Of a stretch of DNA of 64,000 nt, positions 61,616-64,000 are shown piece by piece. The stretch comes from Antechinus flavipes. Taxonomy: Eukaryota. The first letter of the stretch is position 1. Each line of letters opens with the position of its first letter. The notes beneath the pieces were generated by a model. That model was not told where the DNA came from, did not search any database, and saw only the letters and a program-made list of their open reading frames with translations. The stretch is taken from positions 9,548,001 through 9,612,000 of the forward strand of contig NC_067401.1 of NCBI RefSeq assembly GCF_016432865.1, read 5' to 3'. The position numbers and the translations under genes are program-made.

Positions 61616-62949
61616 AGGAGAATGAGGGGAAAAATCATGTGTTCAATTCAGAGTTTGAGATTTCTCTGGGACAACCTGTAGATAATTGGTGGCACTGGCT
61701 CAGGGCAGAGGCAGGAGCTGGATATATGTGTATCTATATGTGGAGATAGATTCCTATGTATCAACCTTACCTGAGAGGATATAGAGAAGACAGACATTCG
61801 GTCTCTATGCCATGAGGAAGAACTTGCAGTTGGACCCTGTGTTGAGGGCCTGTTGCCCTCTGCAGATGAGATGGACTGAAGCGTCTGCCTCCTATGCAGG
61901 AATTGTGGGAGAAGCCGTGCAGTTTAAGGACGGGACTGTTGATCAGCCCTTGTCTTTCACCCCCACCCTGGCTTTGATCCAATCCTTCTCTCTCCTTCTC
62001 CTGTACCACACTTCCCAGTCCTGGGCTTCCAAGTGAGGACAAAAAAGGAGCTGATGAGGGCTATCCAAGGAGAATTTTTCTAGGAGATTAAGATGGAGTG
62101 ATGAAATTGGTTTTTGTTTGTTTTTTGTTTTGCTACCTAGGGGCCTACTGTGATATTTGAAACCTAGTGGGGCCATATTTAGCCATGACACTAAGCAGTT
62201 CAACGAAGTTATTAGGTCTACTATATCTAAGGCAATGTGCTGGACCCTGTTGTGCCAACAAAGAAATACACGGCTCACGTCAAGGAAGTGCCAGGTACGC
62301 TGCCATGATAGATGGTAGCATCAGAGAAACCTTGGGCTTGTGGGCAACCTATGTATCATGGTCATTTGCCTTAGGACTCCATTGGTAAAGGACAGCAGTT
62401 TCCTTATTCTGATTGCCAATCCAGTGGCTTCCTTCTCTTGCCTTTTCCATGAAACATTTTAATGTGTTCTTACTGTCACACTCATGCTGACTCTAATAAT
62501 GGATAAAAATCTTCAGACAAAAGATTGACTCGTATTTATGGGCCAGCAAAAGATTTGATGTCCAAGGGCAAAAGAGTGTAAAAAATTTTAGAAACAAGAG
62601 CATGAGGAAGGTGTTGTGATTATACCAGCCTCTGTGTTAGCCTGTGCAATCCCCACATGGTCTTTGGTTGACAGGGTGAGGGGTAGGGTGTTAGGAGGGG
62701 GCGGCAGATTCAGTTTGGACTTTGAAGAAATAGTCCCTCTGACTTACTTTTTCCTGCTCTGTTAAAGCAAATTCCTTCTGTCTTAATGGTGTGATAGATT
62801 CACACTCCCAAATTCTTTCTGGAAAAGGCTTGGTGGAGCTTTATGTTCTCTAGGTTATTTTTATATGGCATAATGTGGTTTGGGCCCTGTACTTATGTAT
62901 CAGCTTATTGAGCATTGATAAAAAAATGATTTTTGAGATCCAGTAGCAA

Positions 62950-63200
62950 CTTTATTTATTTGTTTGTTTGTTTATTTTTAGCTCGCATTGCTTTATGAAT
63001 CACGTTGGGAGAGAAAAATCAGCAAGAGGGAAAAACCTTGGGAGAGATTTAAAAAACCCAAAAACAGAAAAAAGAAGTGAACTTAGCATGTGTTGATTTA
63101 CATTTAGTCTCCTTAGTTCTTTTTCTGGGCTGCAGATGGCATTTTCTGTCCAAAGTCTATTGGGATTGCCTTGGATCACTGAACCACTGAGAAGAACCAC
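62950..63200 (-). mobile_element. Older L1 3' UTR fragment, interrupted
   Basis: tttatgaatcacgttgggagagaaaaatcag..tgcagatggcattttctgtccaaagtctattgggattgccttggatcactgaaccactgagaagaacc; same family as 41335-41826. Confidence 0.85.
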
Positions 63201-64000
63201 GTTTTTCTTTTTTTTCTTTCTTTTTTTTTTTTTTAATTTTTATTTAATGATTACTTTATATTGACAACATTATCCCTTGCACTCGTTTCTTTTCTGATTT
63301 TTTCCCCCTCCCTCCCTCCACCCCCTCCCCTAGATGGCAAGCAGTCCTTTATATGTTGGATATGTTGCAGTATATACTAGATACAATATATGTTTGCAGA
63401 ACCGAACAGTTCTCTTGTTGCATAGGGAGAATTGGATTCAGAAGGTATAAATAACCCTGGAAGAAAAACAAAAATGCAGATAGTTCACATTCGTTTCCCA
63501 GTGTTCTTTCTTTGGGTGTAGCTGCTTCTGTCCGTCATTTATCAATTGAAACTCAGGTCTCTTTGTCAAAGAAATCCACTTCCATCAAAATATGTCCTCA
63601 TACAATATCGTTGTCGAAGTGTATAATGATCTCCTGGTTCTGCTCATTTCACTTAGCATCAGTTCATGTAAGTCTCGCCAGTCCTCTCTGTATTCATCCT
63701 GCTGGTCATTTCCTACAGAACAATAATATTCCATAACATTCATATACCACAATTTACCCAGCCATTCTCCAATGGATGGGCATCCATTCATTTTCCAGTT
63801 TCTAGCCACTACAAATAGGGCTGCTACAAACATTTTGGCACCTACAGGTCCCTTTCCCTTTTTTAGTATTTCTTTGGGATATAAGCCCAATAGAAACACT
63901 GCTGGATCAAAGGGTATGCACAATTTGATAATTTTTTGGGCATAATTCCAGATTGCTCTCCAGAATGGTTGGATTCGTTCACAACTCCACCAACAAGAAC
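63201..64000 (-). mobile_element. Young L1 3' end (ORF2 C-terminus, 3' UTR, poly(A)), runs off the window
   Basis: ORF 63585-63923 (-) CIPFDPAVFLLGLYPKEI..MFVAALFVVARNWK..CPSIGEWLGKLWYMNVMEYY..LHELMLSEMSRTRR is the typical L1 ORF2p C-terminus; T-rich tail at 63201-63240. Confidence 0.95.

Overview
Eukaryotic genomic DNA from a marsupial, probably a dasyuromorph judging by its WSINE1-, Mar1- and marsupial L1-type repeats. It comes from a draft assembly with four N gaps. Two + strand genes lie in the same order as human 2q37.1. (1) A complete 3-exon C2orf72 orthologue (CDS 3434-4259, 11041-11151, 14327-14418; 342 aa). (2) The 5' part of PSMD1/Rpn2, the 26S proteasome 19S base subunit: coding exons 1-16 (22244-57925) join in frame with GT-AG boundaries to 1883 nt (codons 1-627), and the window ends inside intron 16. 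The rest is mostly CpG-island promoters, SINE/LINE/LTR/DNA-transposon debris and microsatellites. There are no prokaryotic-type features and no RNA gene I can support. I cannot demonstrate a new biological system. The best leads are: (a) C2orf72 has the strand/helix pattern of a degenerate small-GTPase (pseudoGTPase) fold, with lineage-specific poly-Glu and RPRW insertions in predicted loops; (b) a cluster of ARE/NFE2L1-type motifs in PSMD1 introns, one apparently created inside an L2; (c) a strong exon-to-exon GC3 mosaic in PSMD1; (d) loss of phospho-acceptors in the Rpn2 disordered loop; (e) a donor-like AG|GTCAGT at the start of exon 16; (f) a sense solo LTR with a poly(A) signal in intron 1; (g) an unexplained intronic hairpin. 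Gene and repeat-family names come from my recollection of the orthologues and consensus sequences, not from a database search. Repeat boundaries are approximate unless a TSD is quoted.
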